Below, piece by piece: positions 1 to 12,100 of a stretch of 64,000 bases of DNA. The translations under genes and the position numbers were made by a program. The notes beneath the pieces were generated by a model. The model saw only the letters and a program-made list of their open reading frames with translations. It was not told the origin of the DNA and did not search any database. The stretch is from Raillietiella orientalis (lineage: Eukaryota), in NCBI GenBank assembly GCA_036172245.1, contig JAYWIR010000021.1, forward strand, positions 310,001 to 374,000, written 5' to 3'. Position 1 is the stretch's first letter. Each line of letters begins with the position of its first letter.

Positions 1-3000
1 GACGGAGCTCCGACGGTGCCACAAGGGAGGTGCATCCTCTGTGTAGACTTTGGCGCTTCAGCGGTTCCCCGCTCTCGGTCGCACTCACTCGAGACGGCTG
101 AAGCTGGACGTGATGCACGGAAAGCATCGCTGGCCTGCGGAAACCCACTGCTGCTGTCCCGCCATATGCTTCTTCACCAGAGCGTCGGTGAATGCCAGCG
201 AAGAGCGCGGGACGGCCACCCAGGTGTGGATTGCCTCGAAGTGCGGCGCGTGTGCTGCCAGCATCCCTGCTGATCTCCTTCCTCTTCCTCAGCACGCTAA
301 AGCACCCCTGTCTTGAAGAGAGTTAGGTCAGGTAGGGAAGGGTTGGATTCGGTAAGGTCAGGAAGAGGCAGAAATACCAGCGGAAATGGAGGAATCTCGA
401 ACCCAAAAATCGTTTCTGAAGATATTTGTTTCGGGATGGATGGGGAGAAAGAAGGAAGCGCTGACTCCGTTTTCGGATGGGCGCTCTCCTGCTTTCATGA
501 AGTTGTAGAAGAAGTCCAGGTTGTTCTCGAGATGCCAGTGACAAGGATGTTCGAGACATGCGCTCCCTGGTTGTATGGGAAGCATTAAATCCTTCAGGCT
601 ACTCCCTCTGCTCTTCAGAGAATTGGGACCCCTTTTTTAGGCAGTGATCCTCGGCGAGTCACCAGTGTGCCTCTAAAGGTGCATTTTCTGGAATCCTTTC
701 CCTTGGGAACCGAGGAGGAGGACGAAACTGCTGGAAGGATGCTGCGTTGGCACCACCAGTAGCTCTCCAAGCGTCGGTATCAAATTTTCTTTCTTAAGAA
801 GCGACACCTCTTTCTCCTTCGAGAAAATCCGTGGTACAAACGCATTCAACCTGCGATAACAGCCTGCACAGTTCTCAAAGGTGGTCTGGGACAGCAAGAA
901 ACACGGGCAGCAGCCCCTCCGAAGATTCACTTTTTTTTCTTCTACATCTACAACTTTTCCCTGCTTCTTCAGCAGATGCTTCGGGTTCCCATCGCAAAGC
1001 ACCCTTCGATCGATCAGCTGATGGCGCTTCATGATCCAAAGAGATTGAAGCCAGACTCAGGAAAGAGTGGTACGAGGCTCAGTGAGGAAAATCACTCGTT
1101 TTTCGGCAACAGGGGGACTGAGCACACTTTGAGCGGGGATCTTCATTCGTTCTTGATTTCCAAAAGAAGGTCAGAGCTCCGCCATGGCTCGTCGTATCTG
1201 CTGACTTTGCTCCGGAGCTCTCTTCTTGGGCAGCTCTTCGTCAGAAATGCTGCGTACTATGGTTTGAGGTGATCTCCAGGTGAGACCGTGAGGCAGTTAA
1301 ATCTTCTGCTTGCCATCCTCGCTTTCATGATGCCGCTCGTCCTGCCTTCCTTCTGCACACGCATTCCGGACGAGCTTTCCTTCTGGAGAAGTCGAGGCAA
1401 AGAAACGAAACCCCTCAGCTGGCAAGCGATTCGGTTCAAGTTTCCATTTGAAGGAGAATCTTTTTTGATTTGAAGGTGGTGCGCGGGAGGTGCTGTATTT
1501 CTTTTGGCCCCGTTCTCTCTTCAGTGAGGAATTTATCGATACGCGCAGCAAAGTTCGTCTAATGGGCTCGCCAGCAACGCAACTTCTTCCCTCGCATCTC
1601 CAAGAGAAACCTCCGGCTCGACCGGCGCTCCATTTCTACCCAACAGTTTCGACCAGCCACGCCGGTTCTTGGAATTTTCGATCCTTGCGTCTGTCTGCCT
1701 ACTGCTTGCTATCACGTTCTCGCCTCCCTTCAGGATAGGGCTCAAATAAGTGGTCATTCTTCCTTCGTTTTCCACACTCCAGCGTCACCCTCTCTGGTCC
1801 GAGGAAATCGCCTCCCAAGTCCTTCTTGCCAGTTAGGGGCGCTTTTTCCTCCACAGCCGTGGCCACTGATTTTCTCCCGTTCGATCTCGCACGCAAGCTT
1901 CACCCCGCCTCACGTGCACCTGGGCTTTTGGTGTCTTTCTGTCACACACGTCTCCGTTGATCGTCCTTGCGACCTGGGGATCCTACGTCATCGACTCCAA
2001 AGCTCATCTCCACGTGTTTCTGAGTATTCGAATTTCGCTATGGGTTCTTTGTTCAGTATCTTCGACTGTCAACCTAGCTAGAGGAAGGGTCCATCCTCCT
2101 CTCATTCGATCTCTTTAGTGCTAAAAGCGAACTAAAATCCTCACGGATGATCATTCCAATTCCATTGCATCGAATAATTACGAGCGGCCCAAAGGTATAA
2201 ACGGACTGGAGAGTTGGCGGAGTCATTTGCGAATAAATTACCTTCTGCCTTCTAGTGGAAGACCACTTGCACTCAAGCAGGACGAGCGGGCAGGACGAGC
2301 GGTCTTCCAAACGAGGACATGCTTCGTTAGCAAAGTCTTGCAAAGTCCTTTCTAGGAATCGCACGAAGGCGGGGCATGCAAGAAAGATGATCAGAAGGAA
2401 AGGTGGAGTTTTTTTGTGGTTTTATTTTCAGTAAGACCACCGCTATAAACTCTTTGTTGGAACTCTTCGGGACGTGGAGTTCCATGTCCGGTGTGCTGAT
2501 TGCTTTAACTCACTCATCCACGTGGACCAAAGAGTGAATTTGCATTCACTTCTCTTGAGGCTGGCCCTTCGTTGATGCCAAATGAAATACGTCTCATGAG
2601 CGTTTCAATTCGTGTGGATGCCTGCGTGTGCGTCGGGTGTTTTCATGATTGCCAAATCTTTAAACATGCAATTTGATTTTCGGCCGAATGAGAGAGTTTG
2701 AAGGATCGGAAGGAAGCCTGAAGACGGTGGATCCTTCGCCGCGAAGCTCAGAGACTAGCGGCATCCGAACCATGCCAAGGACATCCTTGATGGTCACTTC
2801 TTACAATTCGTTACTCTTTTCGCGGTAAGGCCAAATTCCAGCACATGCAAAAACGTATTCTTAGTGTCTCAAGTTATTTGCACATTCCGAACTTGCGCTA
2901 TTTCAAGAGATCATTTTCCACGGTCCGAATTTGCTGCCCGGTTCGACGTTGCTGCTGCCTCCTTAGGCTGCACTCAACACTTGCCGATACCTGACCCATG

Positions 3001-5689
3001 AGATTGCTCGGTCTTCTCCCTCACGTCCAAGATATTTGCTCTTCCTTGGATCTCTTGTATCCAGACTGTGCCATGGGATGCAACCGCGGGCTCATCTCGG
3101 GGACCTTATCGCTGGCACCTAGCGTTTCTGCGTGCCTGCCAAGCAACCAAGACGCCCGGACCAAGTGCGATATCTGAAGGAATTCTTCAACTGGATCCAA
3201 GGAATCACGATAAATCCTGGAGTCTTTCCATCTCTCTGGATCGAAGACTGGTCGTGGAACATTCCGCAAGATTCTGTCTCCTGAACTTTGAGTGAATCAA
3301 AGAGCAGCAGCCATTGATTTGCAAAGACATCTGCTCTCGCCAAATGTGGTAACAATTCGATGTATGATGGGATCTTTGCTTCCTTCTTCCCCTCAGCTCA
3401 AGAAGGCCTCATAAAGGGGATCTCAGAACCTTTGGGAAGCTTAGAAGAGCGCCAACTTCCAACCCTTCTACCGCTCCCGAGTCAGCAAACCGACAATCCA
3501 TCCAGGATCAATTCGTGGTTCCGAAGCCTCCGAGCTTTGTCAGTCTGGACAAGTTCCCTTGCCGTCTCCAGCGGGCAACGGTAACCACGAGCACGCGAGG
3601 TTCCGATAACATTTCCAAGATCGGTGTAGGCTACCACCTTGCGGTGATCTCAATCCTCCGTCTCTTTCACGACTTTGGTATCGAGATTTATTTATTCCTG
3701 ATGCCTTGTCCTTGTTCAAGCGAATGTTGAGCTAAAGAGAAAGAACAAACAAAGACAGGGTTTCTTCAATGCACCGCGGTCGAAAGTTCCTGAAGTGGAA
3801 CGCAGCTTGGCTAGCGAAGCAGCACCACGACTAATCATCTCTGAGCTACTCTTTTCCTTTCTCTTCGAACACGCTTTCTTTGATGGAGTGTGAGTAAACG
3901 GAACGGAGTTTCGATGTAGGCGGTGATACCCCTTCATTCGACGGGTGAAGGCATCTCCCTATAATCTTGCGCAGACCCGTAATTTTCGCCTTCAGCATCT
4001 CGGACCATGCCTAACTCCATGGCCCAACTGCCACGCCGATGCAGCCCATCCTGGAAAAGAAAGTTCCGCTGTGATTCCGGTGCAGGCACCGGGCATCTGG
4101 AGCTCCTGCTGGCCTCGACACGGCGCTGGTCATGCGGGCGCTTTTCTTCCCGCGTCCCGAGGGGTTCGGTTTGTTGAGCATCGCGCCTCCTTCCAAACCC
4201 TCCGCGGAGCATTCTGGCCGTGAGGGCCTCTCTTGCTGGAGGGCAAAGCAGAGGCCCTTGCGCCACCCATTTTCGACAACCTTGTTTTCCGCAGCCCTCG
4301 TACAGCGGCGTGCAAGAAACCGCAAAGAGGAGCAGTCGCTTGGTGTACGCTCCGCCATCCGTCCATGGCTTGGACGTTCCTTTTCCCATGGGTTTCCCCT
4401 GAGAACGGAAGCCTCCCTGTCACGGATGGGCTGCTACGTTGAAGATGCGAGGCGCGAGCATCGCGCAAGCTCAAGCGAGGGGCTCGGCGAGACGGAAATT
4501 CGCCGCGCCGGTCGATGGCGCGTCTCGTGGGCCGAGCCGTCCTCCCGCAATCCCACCGTGCGCACCGCGTCTTTTGCCAAAGCCGTCTTTCTCAAGCCTG
4601 CAGCAGCTCGAGGTGCGTGGATGCCATCCGAGGGGTGGCTGCAAAGCAGCGACGCGCGCGTCCAAAGTCAGGCATCGCTCCGTCTTCGGCCGTGGGTGCG
4701 CGCGCTTGGACGGTGAAATGGGAAAATCCCGGAGCTGAAGGGTTGTTTTTTCTTGGCGATTCGCCAACGCGTCACGAAAGTCACTCTGCTTCCAGCGAAC
4801 GGGCATCATGGCCGTCGCGGGGAAGATCGATTTTCGTTCGCAGAAGCTCAGGTTCTCGATAGGAGACAGTTTTCCCCTTTGGCGACGGTCGCTGGGTCCG
4901 TGCGTTTGACTGTGGCTGCCATTTCGACGGCACCAACTTCTTCGGACCCCACACGCTCGAGTGGATTTGTTGTTCTTAGTTTATCTTTTTTTCTTTTTTG
5001 CGTCCCATGCAAAGCAAAAAGAAAGGGCGACGTCATTCCAGTGACAGCAGATCACCTGACGGCGGACGGACGTCAGGGATCCTTCCCCACGATTAACCAA
5101 CCCTCTCCATAATGCCAAGAGTCATGGCGAACCTGCTGCAGGCTCCACTCGGTTCCCGGGTTCCCACCCGCTCGCCCTCACGCATCCCCGGCTGGATTCC
5201 CCTCGCTTCGCGCTCAACCGGAATCCCCCACATCCAGGTGGCGCTCCAGGATCAGGAATTCCTCTCTGATTCGAACTTTGGATCGAATGAAGGCTCAGTG
5301 ACGCCCAGGCGGGAAAAACAAAGGCGGGCGCGGGCTCCCCCGCTGAAAGAGCTCCCCTCATCAAAGAGAGCGCCCTTTCCCGTCGCCAGGCCCCCGCCTC
5401 TTCGCTGGCTGTAAAGTCCAACATCAAAAGCAGCCTGATGGTTTTATGCCCGCTTGTGCAACAAGCGCCGCCGAGGTCTGCTCGGGAGGACCTCAAAGAG
5501 GTGCAGGGATCGCGCGCGCACCTTTCTTTCCTGTTGCGAATGACCTCTCTCCTCGGTGGCAAGTCTTCCGTGGACGCCTCTCTGTCCACGTCCAAATTAC
5601 GCTGCAGCAAGCAAAAAACTACCTTTGTTATCACGGTCGGCTGTTCAGCGCGTTCTCCTAGTTGCTTCTTCATGCCTCTTCTTTTTCCG

Positions 5690-7070
5690 AGTCTCGTCCT
5701 CGATCCGCGGCTGCTGAGGCTGCTTCCCGTTCAGCGCCTTTTTCTACAGAGTCGATCCCGACGAAATGCCGCCCGCGCTGGCGCCCGCTTCCTCCCGATC
5801 CCGGCAACGACTCGGACTCCGGTGAGAACTCCAGCGGCGCCTCAGCCCCCGCAGCACCCCCAGCAAGGGTCGCCGGAAAGCCAGGAAGGGGGATCCTCGC
5901 GTCAGATTCCCCTTCGGGGGGGAGGGGGGGCGATGCGCCTCCAGCTCGTGATTTCGACTCGGGATGAGCGAACCCGCGCGCCCGCGGAGCCCGCCGAACG
6001 CGTCGCGAGGCCTCTTGCGCGCGCGCTCCCGGCGTGTTCGAGCGCCCGCCGTGCGAGTCGGCCGGCGGTGGTGGGAGTGACGCGTCGGAGGTGGCAGAGC
6101 GGTAATTAAAACGAAAATGCCCCGCGTAAAAAGTACCCGGGCATCAAGTGGAAGCCCTTAGGCCGGTGAGGGAGGAATCGCCGGCAGCAGTCACCTGCCA
6201 GGCTGGCGCAACGCGATTTCCCCCCCCAAAGTGAAAGCACAGCAGCATGTCTTCGGTGTAGCCGCGGCGCGCCAGCTCACTTTTTCTTGCGGGAGGAGCT
6301 GCCAGCACGCCGCCACGACCGTCCCGCGAGGCCCTCCCTCGCTCCTGGGGAGCGGGTTTGCGCGCGGGGAAAGCCGCTGGAAGAGAGGGAAGGTTCCCTG
6401 GGTGGCACCAGGGCGGCGTGAATCCCGTTCCAGCCGCACGGCGCCGTGAGGTCGCAGAGGGCCGCACGCGCGTGGCCATCCGACCTGCGCAGGACGGTCA
6501 TCGAAGGAGCATTCCGGGAGACCTTGCGCAAACGGCGCGTCTGTGGGAACAGGCGAGGCGCGGTCGCCGGGTGAGCGCCCCGGGTAGGGAACGGCTCTTC
6601 CGCCTCGCCCAAAGGCAGAGGGGACTGCCGGCTGCAGCGCCCAGTGCTGCTGAGGATTCCGCCCGCCTGCTCCACGTGGACGGTGGCGTCCCGGACCTCT
6701 CGGCCGTGCGCGCCTCGCGGAGACCCGCAAACGTGCCGGAAGGCCTTCCTTATCCCCTCCCTTCCCACGTGGAGGGCGCTCTTCCGGGAGGCGAGACGAT
6801 TCTTGCCGAGAAGCGCCGGAAGCGGTTGCAGCATCGACCAGGATCGACCACTCCGCCGCGTGGACTCAATCCGCCGCATCGCCACTGCTGCTTCCCGGCG
6901 ACGGGGCGGCTAGAGGGGGCGCACCCTGCCGCGTCGCCCCTCGCCATCACGCACCCCGGTGCACGCCCACCCTTGCTGCAGGCCGCGGCGAGCATTTCCC
7001 ACCCGTGGTCGGAAGAAGGCGCGTGGATGAGGCAGGAGGACGCCGCACGGCACGCGGCTGTCCTCTGACC
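5690..7070. promoter_or_regulatory. CpG-island-like segment
   Basis: Dense CG/GCGC relative to the flanks. No gene could be linked to it. Confidence 0.35.
6142..6300 (+). repeat. Diverged direct repeat, copy 1 (pairs with 7174-7360)
   Basis: Collinear blocks CATCAAGTGGAA, GAGGAATCGCCGGC, AGTGAAAGCACAGCAGCATGTCTTCGGT, GCGCGCCAGCTCACTT. Confidence 0.75.
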
Positions 7071-7173
7071 AGGATGCTTCCGGGTTCGGGAGTGCCGTCC
7101 CGGAGCGAGGGATGCTGGAGGTGAATTCGTGCCTCACGGCGTGATGGAAGGTGACATCGCCGCTCACTTTTGA

Positions 7174-7360
7174 CATGAAGTGGAAACTGGCGACCCCTTC
7201 CCCCTCATGAAGAATTGCCGGCCGCCATCTGCTAAATGGACGGCGCAATTTCCTCAGAGTGAAAGCGCAGCAGCGTATCTTCGGTAGCCAGACTTTCATG
7301 GACTGAGCGCGCTGGCTCACTTCCCTGCATAGTGCCTGCGACTCCAGAGCAGCTGCAGAG
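7174..7360 (+). repeat. Diverged direct repeat, copy 2
   Basis: Collinear blocks CATGAAGTGGAA, GAAGAATTGCCGGC, AGTGAAAGCGCAGCAGCGTATCTTCGGT, GCGCGCTGGCTCACTT. Confidence 0.75.
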
Positions 7361-9059
7361 AGTCCTATGGAGCGTGCTGAGAGGCAGAGGAAGCAGCCAC
7401 TCCCGCGGATTTAGAGAGTTTCTTGCGTTACGGAATGGTCCCAAAGAGACCGCTGACCCTTGAGACGTTCGTACGTTTTTATTTTTCTTTCCGATGCCCG
7501 GTTTGTCGCAAGTTCTCATTCACAGCTTCTCTCCGACCCGGGAGGTACCCAAAACGGCACGTCCGGGAGCTCGGGTAGCTACCGGAATCTCTCCTGTCTC
7601 CGGGTTCTGCTCGCTCCGGTAAGCAAACAGCTACTGCCGAAAAATTTCGAGAAATTCTTGAAGATCTCTGCTGGTTGCCGGTGGCCATGAGATTCATCCT
7701 TTCTGAGGTCTGGTGGTTCCCCTGCATCTTTGGATGGGGGAGAGCAAAAAAAAGGGAGGAGAAGGCGAAGAAACCAGGAGCAAATATTTGGACTGCCGGG
7801 CCGGTGTCGGTCGTGTAATGCGTCTCCGAGGTCGGAAAGCACGGCGCCGTGCGCGATGGAAGCCCACGGGCCGCGAAATCGCGGAAGAAGGGAGGGCGGC
7901 TGCCGATGGAAGGAAGAAGGGAGCAGCAGAGAAGACAAAAAAAGTCTGCCGGCAAAAAAGAAAGACAACACGCACCGACGAGTGTCCCTTCCCACAGAGA
8001 GAGAGAGGAGAGAGACTCTTCGGCGAGACCTCGTCTGCGCATGCGCCCCTCCATCCGGTGAGGAACGGAATTCCTGAGTTTTCTTCGACAGGTCCACCAC
8101 AGCCTCCGGAAGATTTCTCCTTTTGCGGCTCGCCTCTCCTTGAGTGCGGAGAGCTATTGCGATGTGACCTTCGACCACAGTGAGTCTGGTCAGCCTTCTT
8201 TCAAAGCCTGACCGACACAGTTGGTCAACGCCGCGCAGGGAGGGCGCGCGCGCTTCGAGAAAGCTCCCACGCGTCTCGCCGGGCGGCTCCAAGGAAGAAC
8301 CTCGGCCGGCAGGCACAACCGTTCGTCGTCCTCGATTCGCGGAAGCTTCCTTGCTCCCGAGGTTACCATCTCCCCCGCCCTCCTCACCTGCCGCGCGTCC
8401 CTCTATCGCTGCAGACGGGTGGAATTTTCCTATCCGGGCCAGCAGGTCAGCCTCTCTTTGAACAAGCTCCACGATCATCTGCTGCTGAAGACTCCGGGAT
8501 GCCCCTCCTCAAGGCTGCCTCCGATCGGCTTCTGCTCCCGCATTATTGTCGGCGAGGATGGACGTCCGCGCGCGCCAACAAGAGAAGCGGCGAAACAGAT
8601 CGGAAGCGAAAGGCGCCCGCAGCCTCGGAACCTCCATCGTACGTCTCTGGCGATTCCAGAAAAGCAGTGGGGACTGAGCGAACCTACAAGGTTACACAGG
8701 TCGAGGCGTCCACTGCGCCTGTTGGCGCAGGCCTTTTTCCTTCGGGAAAATTCGGGAGTTTCTCTCTGTATTCCTGGACAGCGCCGCTCCGCTACTCGCA
8801 AAAGCTTCTCGCGACCGCAGGCAGAGGAAGTCGAGGAGGCTGCGCGTCCAAATCCGTCCAGAGTCGAGCGGGAACCGGTGCTTGGAATGGTGCCCACCCC
8901 TACCCTGGTCCGTGGCGCCAGCTCAGCGTCCTGGTCCCCCCTGCCTCTTGCCGCACTCTTTGGGAAGGAGGCACTCTTACTTTTACTCTCACGGCTCGGA
9001 GTTGGTCGATGGGGTGAGGGTGCGCACGTTTCCTCAGGAACACCTGGCGAAGTGGCGGC

Positions 9060-9180
9060 GAAGAAGGAGAACGAGGACAAAGAGAAGGACAAGGATGACC
9101 AAAAAAAGGAGTACAAGGAGAAGAAGAAGGAGGAAGACAAGGAGAAGAAGCAGAAGAAGAAGAAGAGGAGAAGAAGGAGG
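9060..9180 (+). repeat. Degenerate (AAG/GAG/GAC)n purine-rich simple repeat
   Basis: Triplet-periodic A/G-rich tract; translates as K/E/D-rich low-complexity sequence. Confidence 0.85.
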
Positions 9181-12100
9181 CTTTCTTGACCACCGGACGA
9201 CAGCGCAGCACCAGAGCGCAGCTCTTGAGGACGAGAGAGCAAGCGACGCTCGTTCTTGTACAAAGGAAACTCTTGAATCTGAAAGAAAGGTCCGCAGTTT
9301 CCTCTACGAGCGACTGAGATGCTGCTCTTGGAAACGGGCCTGAAATCCAGTTGCCACGGGCAGAGAGCTTCCAAGATGAGAGAGAGCAGCGCTCTGTCGT
9401 TTCCCAGCACCGTACCTGCACTCCACGAGACAGATGCTACCGATCCCTGACAGTGCTCTGGAAAATGGAGGGGTCCCTCCTGGGCCCAAGCCTCTTGTGG
9501 CTCAGGCCGGATCGTGTCGTCCTCATTCCACCCACCAGGGTCGGATGGGGTCGATTCCTTTTCGCGGACGTAAGTGGGTGGGTCAGACCGGTCGCGTGAC
9601 CTTCCCACGATGCCGCGGCGACTCCGGATCTCTGCCCCACCTACCGTCGAGATGACCGCTGGGACCTTCCAGAAGTCCTCGTCAAAGGCCACTCCTTGTG
9701 CCCTCCGTCGGAGCTACAAGGACGGAGCAGCGTGTGAACGAGGGGTGGGAGCGCTCCTCGCCAGCATTCTCCGGATGAGACCTCAGCGGTGGCCTGAGAC
9801 CTTGCTTCCTGGAAGCCGTTGGACTCTCCCGAACGACAGAGGCGTCCGGAGCCTTCCTCAGCCTCTCAGGAATAAACCTCCGGAGAGCCTACCGTTACCC
9901 CAGGTCTTGAGAGCATCCCATGGCTTCCTCGCATGCATTCAGACCCCGAGTGCTGCTCAAGATCTTCCTCCCCTGACCATTCTTTCCAACCCCCTGCTCT
10001 TGCACTCCTGCTAAGGACGGCACCTGTGCAATTGACCTCCCTCCTCTTCCTCGCTGCCTCCCTCTCAACCAGCTTGTCATCACCGTTTTCTCCCCTCCCG
10101 CTGCATTTGGAACGAGGGAAGACGGGGGCAGAGGTTGACCTTGTTCCTTGGATGCGTGAGGGAATAATGACCCTCCCGAAGGCGTGGTACCGCGGGCTCC
10201 GCTCGTCTCCATGGCAGCTTCAGCCGCCTACAAGCTGTATCTTAGTGAGTTTGGCCGTTCCTCTCTTGTACTGTCCGCCCCTTTTCTACGAGGTTCCTGA
10301 AGGAGGTGGCCCACGTTCACGTGATCCGGAGGAAGAGGGGACACAGATGGTCCGGAGGGATTCGTCCGGCGGTATTTGCTTCGGGAGCCTTCACTGACAG
10401 GAAAGGGGATCTGCAGAGGTCAGGGGAGGGCCGACAGGGACGAGACAGCTCCGAACACTCCCCAAGACCCCTGCAGTTTCCCCATTCCGCCTTTGGCCTC
10501 GCCCTCGCGGTGAGCGGGTGCGCAGATCTGCGACCTGGTGATACTCATCGGGTCGCCTCCCTCGAAACCCACCTTCCGAGAGTCAGCTAGCAGCATCTGG
10601 AACCTACGCAGACCCCAAATTCCAGGTCGGAGGGCACTTGGCCTGAAAAACGTGGGCATGCGCCCTCCAGAAAGCCGTCCGGAAGGGAATTTCCCCAGTT
10701 CGGCTGCTGGGTTGCTTTCGGGGAGGGCTATGGATGACTTTCCAATCGCCGGAGGTGAAGAGTGGGAGCAGGGATGGGCATGACCTCGTTCAAGAGAGAA
10801 AGAGGGTTACACGTTCCTGGAATCCCACGAGCGCACCGGCACTCTCCCCGACTCGGCAGTGAAGCTGCAGAAGGCACAGTGGGGTGAGACGCCGCCACTG
10901 GCACGGTTGCCATGGACGCCGGGTGCTGGACCACGATCAGAGAACGGGGAGGGCACGGATCCCTGACTCCTGCCTGCAGGAGGGGAAGGGATGGGGTCTC
11001 GCATCCACTTTTCTTCCTCTCCTTCTGCGATCCTGGAAGGCCGCTCTCTCAGGTGGCTTTCGGGCTCAGCTGGAGGAGGAGACCCGGAAACGCGAGGAGC
11101 CGGATCCTGCAAAGGACGCTCTCGGCACTTTGGGGTAGAGGAGACCGAAGCTGCTGAGAGGAGCGTCGGAGGGACGCACGAGCTCTGTCCTGGAGCACCG
11201 AACGCGCCATGCCGCTCTTTCCGCAGCTTCGGAAGGGATCGTGGCTTCCAGCAAGGGATTTCTGCTCCGCCGAAAGGCGGAACTGAGTGAAGGAGGTAGA
11301 GAAGCGTCAGGAACGAGGCGTGGAAGGTCAGCGGAGGCATCAGTTCCACGGGGTAAAATCCAGAAAGGAAGGGTGGGAGGAAAAGGGAGACAAGGAGAGT
11401 CTCGTCGGGCAACGCTGCTGGCGTTTCAGGGAAGATCTGGACTCCGACAGAACTTGGAGCTTTCAGGCAAAAAGGACGAAACGGACTCCCTCGCGGCAAC
11501 GTTCTCCAGGTCGAGAAGAGACCTAGGCCGCCACGTTGTTCGAGATCGCCCCCTCCCAGCAGCATGGAGATGATGCGACTGGGATCGCATGAGGACAAGG
11601 GCCCACTTGCGTGGTGGGTGATCCCATCGCCCTCGCTAGGAGGGGAACGGTGCGCTTCCGGGTCGAGGTACCCCGCAAAAGAAAGGAGCGCTCTCTGTTC
11701 GAGGGGCAAGAATGAGGATGGTCACTTTCACAACGAGGAGAGGGGAATAAATTCAGGATGAAACGAAGAGAAAGGAAGGAACAGGCGATGCCATTCGACG
11801 ACACCTCACTCTGAGCGATCTCTCGAATTGATGGCAAGGAACATGCAGCATCCACTTCATGGAGCTTTACTCAAGAAACCATACGCCTTCTCCGCTTATC
11901 TGCGGAGGCCTTGAAAGGTGGGTGCAGTTCTTCCCAGCCATTTCTCAGCAACCTTCTTCGAGAGGAGTTAAGGCATTTTATCCCCGAAGGCTGAGGAAAG
12001 GTGAGAATCGTAAGAAAAAAGGTGGGAAGGAGAGAATCAGCGGATGAACACTTGGATGGAGCAATTTGCCTGCTCTTCAGGTAGCTTGCTGGACGAGAGA

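Noticed and set aside
3119..3355. Cytochrome P450-like VFDPERW on the minus strand
   Set aside because: No in-frame FxxGxRxCxG heme motif or ExxR; a single short motif is compatible with chance.
8400..8478. Kinase subdomain III-like VELVQREADLLARIGKFHP (minus)
   Set aside because: No GxGxxG, HRD or DFG segments found nearby.
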